A stretch of DNA of 64,000 nucleotides from the NCBI GenBank assembly GCA_002269645.1, contig NIVC01000882.1:310001-374000 (forward strand), in the 5' to 3' direction. The notes under the pieces are model-generated. The model was not told where the DNA came from and did no database searches. It saw nothing but the letters and a program-made list of their open reading frames with translations. Made by a program: the position numbers and the translations under genes. Of this stretch, positions 28,501 to 40,471 are shown piece after piece (positions within the stretch are counted from its first letter, which is position 1; each line of letters starts with the position of its first letter). This DNA comes from Macrostomum lignano. Lineage: Eukaryota.

Positions 28501-29120
28501 CTTTCTGCTGCCCAGTCGGAAGACTTTCAATCGGTGCTACTGTAAGTCGACAATTGTGCAAAGTGACAAAGTTTATTTTAGATAAAGGATACTAAAAATG
28601 CTATTTGACTGTATCGAGAACAAGTGACAGACCACAGAAGTGGAAGTTCTTTCTAGAATTTTTTAAAACAAATTCAGATTTGTTGTTTAAGATTTTGAAT
28701 TTTGGTCCGGCGGTTGTACATGTAATGGGGAATCCCAGCTCGATACTGCTTGGACTCTTGGCGAGTACGCGGATGTGATAAATTATTTATCATATTTTAG
28801 GAATTACACACTACGAAACCAGTGCATTGATCAGAGGTTCGAGAAGTTATCTTATCAAGCTTGTCAGTGCACAAAACGCATACTGGCTTCACCTGCAATT
28901 CGGAAGGTCTTATGGTAAGATGTTGTAAATTCTGTGCTAAAAATGAACAGGAAACCTTCTATAGTGAAGCAGCTGAGTAAAAGCTTCGGTGATGTTAAAT
29001 TTTGTCAGTTCTACGGCTCTCACCTGCCAGAGACGCGACAAGTTGCGTGCAGCCGCTGCACCAGCAGCACCACCAGAGCCAGGCAGCGAGAGCAAGCATT
29101 TTCGACGAAGGCCTCATCAT
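25569..29120 (-). CDS. Divergent Cys-loop ligand-gated ion channel subunit (nAChR-like TM domain, cation-type); exons 29120-29024, 28539-28394, 28320-28276, 27841-27581, 26422-26032, 25834-25569
   Basis: Signal peptide MMRPSSKMLALAAWLWWCC...; WQPRLALWN; Cys loop CDHVNFVHFPKDRHNC; M1-M2 LP..NGSEKIQLSLTVLLAFTVYLML...MP; M3; M4 RIDQGL. GT-AG junctions are phase-consistent; the exon 4 acceptor is weakest. Confidence 0.87.
26520..26823 (-). mobile_element. tRNA-derived SINE family B copy
   Basis: Reverse complement of 27139-27498; A box GTAGCCCAGTGG, B box CTCGATTCC. Confidence 0.87.
27139..27500 (+). mobile_element. tRNA-derived SINE family B, full length with A tail and TSD
   Basis: A/B boxes, AATAAAAAAAAA tail, TSD of about 15-17 bp AACTGTATTTA(C/T)ACAGG at 27124-27140 and 27499-27515. 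Confidence 0.9.
27852..28100. repeat. 32-bp minisatellite (CCGAGKGACAGTGAGTGTTCGGGCACCAGATG)n in channel intron 3
   Basis: Direct inspection. Confidence 0.93.
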
Positions 29121-29565
29121 CAGCTGCTCCAATCTGTTTCAAAGCAGGGGTGGCGCGCTTCTCCAGTGAGATGAAGCTAAACGGACGCTGGACTGCTTGG
29201 TCAAACTCCGAAAAATTTATCCCATTGTTCAAGTGTTTGTGTTTGACCCAAAAGCCTCAGTATTTATTCAAAGACCATGCAGGGCCCACACGCCCTCAGC
29301 AGTCCAATTCGCAGGCATTAAAAGCGCGCAGCATCCATTCTGGCCTTGCCAGGTGTCCGCTTTCGTTTGCGTATGCGCTGCGCAGCTGAGAGTCCGCGAA
29401 TGCCAGAGGTTGCCTGAGGTGAATCAGAAGTGCCAAGAATGCAAGAATGCGTAGCGCTGGATTGGTCAGTCCATTATAGGCACAAATTTACTTGCATGAA
29501 TGAATGGCTTGGTAGGAATCGTCTGCAGATCGAGATTTGCCCCGCAGCCCAGTCTCTGAGCTGCT

Positions 29566-30243
29566 CATCACTATCCCCATCACTATCCCCATCACTATCC
29601 CCATCACTATCCAAATCACTATCCCATCACTATCCCCATCACTATCCCCATCACTATCCCCATCAGTATCCCCATCACTATCCCCATCACTATCCCCATC
29701 ACTATCCCCATCACTATCCCCATCACTATCCCTATCACTATCCCCATCACTATCCCCATCACTATCCCATCACTATCCCATCACTATCCCCATCAGTATC
29801 CCCATCACTATCCCCATCACTATCCCATCACTATCCCCATCAGTATCCCCATCAGTATCCCCATCACTATCCCATCACTATCCCCATCACTATCCCATCA
29901 CTATCCCCATCAGTATCCCCATCACTATCCCCATCACTATCCCCATCACTATCCCATCACTATCCCCATCACTATCCCATCACTATCCCCATCACTATCC
30001 CCATCATTATCCCCATCACTATCCCCATCACTATCCCTATCACTATCCCCATCACTATCCCCATCACTATCCCATCACTATCCCATCACTATCCCCATCA
30101 GTATCCCCATCACTATCCCCATCACTATCCCATCACTATCCCCATCACTATCCCCATCACTATCCCATCACTATCCCCATCAGTATCCCCATCACTATCC
30201 CATCACTATCCCCATCACTATCCCCATCACTATCCCTATCACT
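29566..30243. repeat. 11-12-bp minisatellite (ATCACTATCCCC)n
   Basis: Direct inspection; source of the HHYP/ITIP/SLSP ORFs. Confidence 0.96.
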
Positions 30244-31015
30244 AACAGATACATACAATAGATACACAGAAAAGTCCAATTATTTGTTAATTTTGGTGTT
30301 TAGAATGTATTTTACTGGTAAATAATACACCTTGCTAATCAATAGGCGGAGACGTACAGTACGCTTGCACTTGTAAAATTCATACAATAGCCTAATAAAG
30401 CTAAGCGCGTATGAAGATGTCCAAAGTGATTTGGTTAATTTCACAGTGCAGTAAGGACAAAAAAATGGGAGGAGATGAAAATTGGTAACGAGCAATGTAC
30501 TTTTTGTACATAGAAATATTGTCCGAATGTTAGAATACTGGCATAAAATGTATTCGAGCTAATGTTTAAATTGGTGCCAAGTTCTTTATTGCAAAACAAA
30601 ACACCGTACGACCAAATACTTATTGCTTTAAGACCTCAACGAATCACCGTCATTAGTGTTGTCGCACAGTAATATGTGTACTAGTAATGGATGTGCTAGT
30701 TCGTACAGATCGCGACAAACCAGTCTGCATTGCAATTCTGAGAACTCACGCCGTAGGTTATTGTTTTAGTCCAACCAATATCTAGGAAATTGCCAAATCT
30801 GATTCCCGCACAAGTGTTGGGAGGATAATAAAATGCAATAAGGGGATTCTCTATCTGGACTTCCAACTCGTAGTCTTTCGACTGTTAAAAGACTTGAGCG
30901 GCAAAGAGTAGCTGCAGTTCTTTATTTTTCCACGCTAAACGTTTAAAAGCAACCCACGGCGTGCGTTCAGTGCAAAAATTCTGCTAGTCGGTTAGTTTAA
31001 ACTCGCCCTCAACAA

Positions 31016-34000
31016 TCACCAAGGTCCAATCGGTCCCATGATGGACGAAGATGCGTCAGCGTCTTGGCAGTCCAAGAATGCCGCGTCGATGTCCAGCTGT
31101 CGCTGATGCTGCTCAAGCTGCTGCTGCTGGTGCTGGTCGCGGCTAGAGTCAGCGAAGAAGTCGACCATATGGGCTTGCTGCTGCTGCTGCTGCTGATGCT
31201 GCTGCTGCTGTTGATGTTGCTGCAGCGGCTGAGACTGGCCAGGCAGCGCCAGTGGCACGAGGCTCGGGTCTGCTGTTCCATACTCTTCAAAGCAGATGAG
31301 GAATGGGATAGGCAAGACTCTATTAGCGAAGCTTCGCAGCCTATCCGACTCGCTTCTATCTAATCTCCGGCTTAATCTGTCTTCTTCTAGGTCCCATCTC
31401 CGCTTACCTGGCAGGTAGGTGAAGCAGGCTGGCTCGGACGACTTCTCGCCGCACACGACCTGGACCAGAACGTGAACAGGCTCGGTCAGCACCGGCAGGT
31501 CCCGTCCGGCATGCTGGCCGCCACTGCTGTTGCTGTCTTCGTCGTCATAGTCGGCGCCGTCGCTGCCGAATGCGGGCACCCGACAAACCAGATGGTTGGC
31601 GGCGCTGAACTCCGACTCCATGGCTGCGTAGGTCTCCCAATTGGCGTCGCGGCCGTTGCGCGGGACCGCTTCGCGGAATTGAACTCGAGCGCCTTTGCTA
31701 AAATTGCGACCGATGATGAACAGGTCGCCGCCGCCGCGGGCGGACGACTCGTGCGTAGACAGCCGGTGGATCTCCGGCTGGCCGGTTGGCTGACCTGTAA
31801 AGCCGGTTATCAAGCATCAAGTGTTCGCAGCAAACAGAGTGCTTCACTGACTACTTCCAGTACTCTCTATTCAGGTTCTGGCAGAGATTGCCTTGTTAGG
31901 TGCCATCCAGTTTGAACATACACCTGACAAGCTTTCCCACGAGCAATCGTAAAGACGGTTCTTCAATGAACCGAAAGCAAGTTTACGAAGGGAAAGGGAG
32001 ACTTACAGCACTCGATGGCCTGGGTGGCTGTCTGCAGCGTGACGCGGGTCCCATCGCTAAGCGGCAACACCACCCGGAACACCAGGCGGACCTTGGAGCT
32101 GCGTTTGCCATTAGCGGAGCGGCCTGATCGTATCAGCTTGGACGAGCGCTGCTGGTACAGCGGCTGCTGCTGCTGTTGATAATCAACGTCGGCATTGCGC
32201 AGCTTCAGAATGCCGATGCAATCGAGGCTGGAAGAAATGTAAGGAGTCGTGAAATCTTTTTATTGAAACATTGAAGTTCCAGATGAAGTCGCTAGTGCTG
32301 TTTACCTGATAACAGCTCCGTCTCTCGGCTGCAGAGGGATCAGCAGCATCCGCGTTCCGTCCTGCACCACCTCGCGAGCCTCGCAGCAGCCGTGCCGGCC
32401 GGCCACCCGGCACACCTGATAGTAACCGTGGGGCTTTGGCCGATTGCCAGTGTCCGAGCCGGCAAACACGCAGAGCTCCACTGGCTGCGACCAGCCTAGC
32501 AACTGAAAGCAGTTCGGATGAGATGGATGGTCAACTACTTGTCTAGGGAAACAGGTTCTGTTTGTTGCTGTCTGAGGTGGAAACAGGTTCTGTTTGTTGC
32601 TGTCTGAGGTGGAAACTGGTTCTGTTTGTTGCTGTCTGAGGTGGAAACAGGTTCTGTTTGTTGCTGTCTGAGGTGGAAACTGGTTCTGTTTGTTGCTGTC
32701 TGAGGTGGAAACAGGTTCTGTTTCTTGCTGTCTGAGGTGGAAACAGGTTCTGTTTGTTGCTGTCTGAGGTGGAAACAGGTTCTGTTTGTTGCTGTCTGGG
32801 GTGGAAACTGGTTCAAGTTTCGCGTTTAACCTCAGAAAAGCTGAATCAAGTTGGTCGGTTGGTTATTTGGTAATTCTAATTAATATGGTCAGCAATCACC
32901 CTCTCACCTGCACAGCCGGGTACCCAGTCTGTGAGCGGTCCTTAACTGCGCCCCTTGAGCCCTCAGTGAGATACCTGGCCCGGTGGTTGAGCTCGGGCTG
33001 GGCCGCCACCAACAGCTGGTAGGGTCCGTAGCGACTGTCGCTGATTGCAGTCTCCGCTTTGCTCTCCTGCAACCCGCGCCTTTCTCTGTACGCAAGAAAA
33101 TTGAAAATAAAGCGAATATTGTTGATGCAAGTCAATGCAAAATTGAATTCTGCTTTGGACTGTGGATTTATAAGGTAAAAAGGAGCACGAACTCGATTCC
33201 TGACAGCATATTGTCTGCACCAATCTGGCTGACTGCACAGGACTCGAATTTCACCAGATTCGGGTGGTCGGGTCAAGGCGATTTCACCCTCATCCGGGGG
33301 GGCAACCTGACTGACTGACTCTCTTTCCAAAGAGAGTTCTTTCTATGAGTCAGGTAAATCAATCATGTAAATAACTCTCATGTAAATCAATTCATAGGTA
33401 CACTTAAATCTTCTAAAGAAAAACATAGCTATTGTGAGGTGACCGAAAATGACAGCAGAACTGGACGTGACGCTCGAGGTTTTCCATTGCGCGTTAATAT
33501 CACGACCAGCTCGCGTGCTCTCTCGACAGTTGAAAGGGACTGGAAAGCAGTAATAAAATTCCCCCAGCCAGCGGTGGCTTCTTGCAATTCGGTTAGCCAG
33601 TTCTTATGGAAATTTCCAACCAAACTGGAATGATCACAGCTGCACTTGTAAGCTGAAAAGCACAACACGTTAGGCCCTAATGTTGACGCTTCACTGCCAC
33701 AGCCAAAGCTTATTTAGTATGATAAGCCCCGGGACAAGCTGATAAACAATCTCAGACAACGTGCAAGAAGTAACAGCAACGCCAACCTAGTTATGCCTTG
33801 CGGCGGTTTACCAGTTAGGTTTGTCGGTCAGTCCGGTTGTTTTATAACAAACCTGCATTTTCATGGCTTTATCCTGTTCAGGTTTAGCAAGAGGCGGGCG
33901 GGAGGTTGTCATTTTCAACCCAGCAGGCTGCCCGACCTGGGGGAGAGATAAGGATCTGCACAGGTAGACGACAGGAGATCACGCGAGAGAAAAATGAGAC

Positions 34001-34851
34001 ACAGAAGCTTAGCTCATTTAGAAGCAGCAGAACTTTTGTAGCTGCAGAGTTAGGTGATATGGCAGCAGACCGCAGAACAATACTATGCAATGTAACGACG
34101 ACAATATTGATTACAGTACGAGCGTATATCCTCAGCTATTCGAAATTACGAGTAGTTACAGCAATGTCCTCAAATTGAATTCAAGCCCGTACATGTTTCG
34201 CATGCTTAGCGCATGAGCATCCTCAGGCTCCGACCAAACGAATCGACCAAACCGAAGTTGGGTTCCCAGCCGGAGTCGGCTTGGCATTCATTGGGCGCCT
34301 CTCCCTCTCTCATCGCGGAATTTGCATCCAACTTGGGGCTGCGTAGGGCGTGCTTTTTCAGTATAACAGAAGCCGCGCACGGGCCCACAAGGATTGATTG
34401 CAGCTAAGACAATGCGGCGTCATGAATCTGCTATCATTGTGCTCCTATCATTCCACAAACAAGCTGCCTAGCCTAAATAATTCAAATTCAATTCAAGCGT
34501 CCATACGCCAGAAGGGTTCCCGTTTTACAAAGCTGGCGCCATGCAAAGCCAGGAACCCTATTGGCAGTTTGGAACGAATTAGGCATCCAAAACTGATGCC
34601 GCTAATGACCTGATCCTCCAGTAGATCTTATAGAATTTGGTCAACCTAGAATTTCACTGCTCACATTGCCGAATCAATCGGTGAGGGTCCGTGAACTGTT
34701 TTTTACTAATGCCTACGCGGCTTCTCTTACGCATCCGTGACAACAGTGCATGTGGAAGTGGCTGCTGTACCCTGCACAGCACTCACACCACTCAGTAGCG
34801 AGCATGTGGCTGGAAACTGGGTCTGCCTGTGCGCTGTCTGCTGCTGCTGCT

Positions 34852-34882
<31 letters not shown>

Positions 34883-36400
34883 ATCGTACTGATGCTGGTG
34901 TGGTCTCTTCAGACCCCTGTAATGGCGTGGAGGAAAGTTACAAATTAGCAACCTAGGGTGGTATCCTTTGCAACCAGATACTGAAGCACGAACAAGAGGT
35001 GAAATTTAGCTTAATAACTGAGCAATACGAATTCGCGTGCCTTTTGATGTGTCGGATAGGGGATTTTAAATTGAGCATAACGGTAGGCAGTTGAAGTTTT
35101 CCATTAAATTGGGTTTTATATCACAGGAAAAAATTGTTGATGAACTGGCTATACTGCGATTAATATAACAGGTTTTATGAATAACTGAAAAATCTTTGCC
35201 GGCGATCAAAGATGACCGAACCGAAGCACAATCTGCTGTGCACGAGCTTTTGCTGCTATATATCAAAATAAGGCCGAATGTTTTTGCCCGTAAATGCTTT
35301 TAGAAAAGCCAAGCAGATATTTCACTATCTTCAACGTGAACCAGACACTCAAACAGATTCCTGTCCTGTCGAGCATTTCAGTAGCTTAGAAGCACCATTG
35401 TACTTGAATGTCAGTGTGACTTACAGTCTTCTCACGCTCAAACTCAACTCAACCAAACAAACTGTAACTCAGTTCATAAACAATGCATCAATCAGACATA
35501 TCAAAGCTGAAGCTCACGAAGAACCTATAGCATTAGAACGTACAGTACCATGTATTTTTATACCAATACCTTGGTTGCATTGTTCAGCACATTCCCATGC
35601 AGTTGCTCTGCCAATGCCCGCCGAAGGTTCTGACCGCGGAAATGAAAAGAAAAATGCTTTGCATACGAAAGAGCATTGCGATGAAATGTCAGGGGAATGT
35701 GTAAAACTGGGGAGAGTGGAAGTGGCTATTTCACACTCACATAATAGCAAAAACTGCAAGCATACCTCACTGCTTCACGAACACCCGTGATGCCATTTAT
35801 ATCTCTTGCAAGAACTCCTTGGTCGCCAATGATCCCGGTCGTGCTGCTGCCGACGGCGCTCTTGATGATTCCGGCGTTACCTCCAGGGACGCCGCCGACA
35901 CCGCCGCTAGCGCCGCTATTGCTGTCATCTCCGTATGGGAAGCTACTCACTAGTTGACGGGTAGAGCGAAGATCTGCATCCAGGTTTGGCGAAGTGCATG
36001 GCGAACTGCCAGGAGACGATGAAGACATAGAAGAGACTGTGGCAACTTTAAGCCGCTTGTTATCAACCTGTGGAGCTGATGCTGGCAATCCCTGGCTAGT
36101 CTGTTGCAGCTCTGCCATCAGTGCTTTCAGCAGTGCCTCCGGGTTGCTTTGACTCATGCTAATAGCTGTCGACGTCTGGTTTTGAGGCTGCGAAGACTGA
36201 GTCATAAGAGCTGTTAGCATTGCTTGCGTCTGCGCAGTTTGGTTCGCTAGCGCTTGTAGAAGGCTCGCTAGATCCCCACTACTTGGCGAAGGCAACTGCA
36301 GCGGTGTTGAAGCCGGCTGCCACGCCGGATTAACCTTGGAGTTCATCTGCTGGCTTCGGTCTGAATTATTTCTTAGTGTGGAGCCGTCTAGAAGTTTCAT
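31016..36400 (-). CDS. NFAT5: NFAT5-type Rel homology transcription factor; RHD/IPT exons 33066-32908, 32502-32306, 32227-32007, 31794-31408, 31284-31016; probable N-terminal exons 36400-35766, 34916-about 34790, 33306-33205
   Basis: [31 protein letters not shown]; [13 protein letters not shown]; [13 protein letters not shown]; VRLVFRV; CQPTGQPEI...[11 protein letters not shown]...NHLVCRVP...FTYLP. These are NFAT/NFAT5 RHD and IPT signatures. The N-terminal exons are assigned by strand and phase only. Confidence 0.9.
32547..32815. repeat. 32-bp minisatellite (AGGTGGAAACAGGTTCTGTTTGTTGCTGTCTG)n in an NFAT intron
   Basis: Direct inspection. Confidence 0.94.
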
Positions 36401-38169
36401 CAAATTTATAAAATTAAAGGGTAAATGTCTTTTACTTGCTTTTATATTTTAAAACGTGATACTACCCCGTCTTAGAATTTATAAACCAACTTAACTGTTG
36501 CAAAGAGACCAAGAGACAAGCCTATTGTGTAAAAAAAGATATTACGAAAAATTATAGTCGAAGAAATTAATTTTCAAAAAACTGTGCTTGGAAAGCTTTA
36601 GGTTTCGTTCGGCGGTGAAAAACAATGTTAAAGGAAAACAATGGTTTCTTTATTTAATAGTAATGTTGAAACGATTAGATCTAAAAACGCAAGGATCAAA
36701 GAAGAACACAATTAGAAAAAAAAATGTAAAAGACACTTACTTAATTTGGACAAATGAAACAAAGTAAAAATCTCAGACTGAAAGATTTCGCGTTGCGTTG
36801 ACTTTCATGCGCGAAAAAATTTAGAGCCAGCCTTTTTAAAGTAATCTTGCAGTCTGTTACCACAAGCAAAAAATTTTTAAATATAAAAAATAAGAATAAA
36901 AAGTGTTAAGAAACTTTCAATTCTTCATATCCTGCACCAAGTCCAAAAAATCATACAGATTTTGTTAAAACGTACGTTTAAGCTCAGTGAGTAAATTTAA
37001 TCAAGTGTTATGTTATGAATAGCAATTTATAACGTAATTTTGAATTGAATTTAAAGTTGATTATTACGATTGTACTAGGCCCTCCCTACCAGTGGCCTAT
37101 ATATTTCGTTATATAGATTCAAGTTAGGCCTAAGCTCTTTATAACTGATTGATGTCTAGACTAGGCCTATAAAATAAAGTAGAAACTTAGGCCTAGCCGC
37201 CTACCTGGCCGCTGGCCTAGATTTTAGGTAGGCCTAGAGTAGTTTTAGTCTACAAAAATAATCTAAATATAGTCTAGACCTAACCAGGTTTAACTACTAA
37301 GTTTTTTAAAAAGTTTAACCGAATTCAGTAAGTTAAATTTGAAGTCTTGAGTCTTGGCTAGGCCTATTCAATTTATAAATTATTAAATTTAATTTCAAGG
37401 TGTAAATTTACTTTCGTTCGCGAAATTTTTTCTTTTAAAATGGTGCTAATGACGCAGAATGACGAATGGGAGTTGTCTATGGCCCATACTAGCCACATAT
37501 TAGACCAGGTCTAACTAGCTATTTGGCAAGGGGCCTTACCAGAGTAAGTAAAAAAAGCCCAACTAAAAATGGAGAAATTGTATTCGACATTTAGCCTTAT
37601 TAATACAATATAGTTGCTCTTTTTATTTACCCAAAATTACATTGATTTTTGCTTGTTTCTTTTGTAAATGGCATTTTTGGTCAAAAATAAGATCTTATAG
37701 CTAGTGTAAATCAGGGAGATTGCATATTTAAGAGCTTTAAAAAGGGATTGAATTTCGCACATCTAATAGGCCCCCCTAGCCTTTATATTTTTATTATACT
37801 AATGTTATATATTCAAAATCTAGGGGTTGGACAAGATCTTGATCTCAATCTTGATCATCAAGATCTTGCACTTTTTTCAATCTTAATCTTAGTTTTGAGA
37901 TCTAAAAAAGTCAAGATTTGTAACTATGATTATACAATATACAATTGATTGTATTGTATTGATTATAATCATATAATATGATTATACAATTGATAACTAT
38001 GATATTATAATATTTATATTTGATATATATCAAGTTACTAACAAGCACAATATTGTATAATTGCTTTTCCTTCTATTATCATCATTGTACACATTGAGGT
38101 ATAGACCTATTAGATGCTAATTAGGCTTAATCTTGAATCTTGATTATATCTCAATTATCTCTAAAGTAT

Positions 38170-38913
38170 TGTGACAGGCCTTTTGGCTCTGTCTTTCTAA
38201 ACTTCTAACTATTAGTGTTTATTAAATATCCTACGAGCTGCCACCAAAGTTGTTACAGGCCTTTCACCTCTTACTTTATCAATTTTAATCCCACCGATTT
38301 GCCAACTACAGTTATCCTGATTATACTTGCTTTTACTCCCTAACTATTTCTTAGAATTTCATTTAAATATTTCTGGGTAGCGTTCTTAGTAGCGTTTCTG
38401 GTAGCTTATGGCTTGCTTTCTGGTAGCGTTCTAGTAGCTTATGGCCTGAGCGGTCTAGTACTGGTATATGTATTAGTGTATAGTCCTAATCGGGCGTTCA
38501 CCGAGACTAGAGGGTCACGGCGCCTCTCTTGGTATATCTCCAAGAATTAGTCCCAATTCCCTTCTCTTAGCAAATTTCTTAGAATCGTTTCACAGGTTTT
38601 GCAAATAAATAAGTCGCTATTTAGCTCAAAGACTTTGAAATGGTTTAGATTGAACTGCTTATTCTGTTCGCAATTATTTGCTCACGAGTAAAAGACAGTT
38701 GGAGTATATTTGTCGCGAAACCACTCCTATATATAGTGATTTCCCCCACATACGATTAAAACAAAAAAATAATTCTCCAATTTATTTCGCGCATTAAAAC
38801 AAACTATTATTTGGCGTTCGCGTAGATTCAGTTTCTAAGAAAGATTCGAATATACAGTTATTACATTGAAAGAACATTCGAGTATACTATGATAAAGGCA
38901 TAGCACTAGTACA
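38170..38913 (-). repeat. 3' LTR
   Basis: No difference from 46080-46823 seen by eye; TATATATA at 38728-38735, AATAAA (- strand) at 38218-38223. Confidence 0.97.
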
Positions 38914-38914
38914 A

Positions 38915-38926
38915 CTTTCCTCCTCT
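38915..38926 (-). promoter_or_regulatory. Polypurine tract (AGAGGAGGAAAG)
   Basis: Purine run directly upstream of the 3' LTR on the - strand. Confidence 0.85.
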
Positions 38927-39199
38927 ATATATTAAATTTTGAACGAAATACTATATTATATGTATACAGTGAAAAATTGATATCGTAGGAAAATGCAGGT
39001 GAAAAGGTGCAAAGCAAGGTGCAGAAAACACAATTCAGTGCTAAAACAATTGGTGCATAAAATGGTTGTGATAGAACTATTATGTAGGTAAACCATTAAA
39101 GTGAGAACTATTATGGAAGCAAAGCGAACTATTATAAAAGTATTATAAAAGGCAAAATTGTTATTAAAGGCAACGCAAAAGTTAGTTCACCTCAGTAGT

Positions 39200-40072
39200 T
39201 CAGATAAACATGCAGGGTTCCGGGAGGTCGCGATAGTAGGGCCAGCCGACTTGAGCGAAAAACCATCGGTACTCTTCGTCGAGGACCGTCAGCGCTGGCG
39301 GCGGGTTGGCTCTTATAGCCGCTGGAGGCGATAGGCGACGTCCTGGAGAACAGCGACAGGTTCCTGGTAACTGAATTGATCCCTTAGAAACTTCAGGTGT
39401 CCAAATTTGCGAGCATTGGGGGTAGCGCTGTCGGCTGTCGGATCGGTGGTACGCTACTTTCAGTGCGTATTGCTCAATGTGGAAGCGTAGCTTTTCCACC
39501 TCTGCTCCGCGAGTCTCCACAAGTTCTCGGACGATGCGATGAAAATCTCTCTGCGAATTCGATTGCTGCTGGCTCGGCTGTAGTGCTGATGGCTGGCTAG
39601 ACTGCTGCGCTGATTGCAGGCTCGGCTGCAACGCTGACTGCTGCGCTGATTGCAGGCTCGGCTGCGACGCTGGCTGCTGAGCTGGCGGTGTCGCAGCTGT
39701 CGATTTCTTCTGCCGTGGTGCCGGGGTCTTTCTCGATGATGGGGCAGCTGGCGGTGACACCAACTGCTGCGTTCGGCTTGATGTCGACGATCCTGGCGTG
39801 GCCTTGACAACATAGGAGCGCACGGGCGCAGCTGCCTGTGCTGCCACCAGGGCGGCGCGCTTCTGCTCGGGGCCTTCGACCCTCATTTGGCGGCAAGGCG
39901 ATGAAGCTGGCGATGATGTTCTTGGCCGTTTGCTGGATACACCAGGCGCCTTTGGACGTGTTGCACATCGAAGCGGTGCCTCATTTTCGTCGGTGTTGGG
40001 CGCTGGCTGGGGCTCCATATCGTCTGACAGATTGCCAATTAACTCGTCCAAGATATCAATAGAGTTGTTCAT
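39200..40072 (-). CDS. Retrotransposon ORF3, 290 aa, unknown function, not env-like
   Basis: Intact ATG ORF between pol and the PPT; S/P/Q/A-rich N-terminal part, about 115-aa C-terminal part of ordinary complexity; no signal peptide or TM segment seen. Confidence 0.75.
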   Translation of the reverse strand: MNNSIDILDELIGNLSDDMEPQPAPNTDENEAPLRCATRPKAPGVSSKRPRTSSPASSPCRQMRVEGPEQKRAALVAAQAAAPVRSYVVKATPGSSTSSRTQQLVSPPAAPSSRKTPAPRQKKSTAATPPAQQPASQPSLQSAQQSALQPSLQSAQQSSQPSALQPSQQQSNSQRDFHRIVRELVETRGAEVEKLRFHIEQYALKVAYHRSDSRQRYPQCSQIWTPEVSKGSIQLPGTCRCSPGRRLSPPAAIRANPPPALTVLDEEYRWFFAQVGWPYYRDLPEPCMFI

Positions 40073-40155
40073 TTTGATTTCTCTGCGAATGGCTCTTAGA
40101 ATAGAAAGGAAGCTAGCAGTGAGCTATGGGATCTGTGGGGCCTGCAGGGTGCTCG

Positions 40156-40163
40156 TATTTATA
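40156..40163 (-). promoter_or_regulatory. TATA box (TATAAATA) of a putative internal ORF3 promoter
   Basis: CTATAAATA preceded by GC-rich CGCCCACGCGCG/CCCGCC motifs, about 85 nt upstream of the ORF3 ATG. Confidence 0.55.
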
Positions 40164-40471
40164 GGCTGGCGGGCCGAAAAACTGGACCTCTTCGAAGCAC
40201 TCCCCTCGCGCGTGGGCGGGGCATGCCAGATTTGACAGATTTGACAACTAAATTTTTATGGATTTTCTATTTCTTTTTATAACTTTTTTATTTTTTGATA
40301 GATTTTCTTGAGTAAAGTATCAAATTAAAGATCGCATTTTGTAGATTAATATGGTATTTACAGATTCGCTCTATGTACAGCATGTCAAATTTTATAAGCA
40401 GATAAGTAATTCTAATACGGAATTTTAACTATTTAACACTGTTTCTTATGGGAAATTGCTTACGTCATGAT

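Noticed and set aside
29020-29232. Neuropeptide-like ORF (ISLEKR...)
   Set aside because: The same DNA in another frame encodes the signal-peptide exon of the ion channel, with a phase-matching donor.
29430-30325. His/Pro/Tyr-rich and ITIP/SLSP ORFs
   Set aside because: They are translations of an 11-12-bp minisatellite with frame-shifting unit lengths.
31948-31959. CGTAAAGACGGT resembles my recollection of the 5' end of a flatworm spliced leader
   Set aside because: Only 12 nt, with no rest of the leader, no ATG|GT donor and no Sm site; the reference is from memory.
39200-40072. env gene
   Set aside because: No signal peptide, TM segment or furin-plus-fusion-peptide layout.
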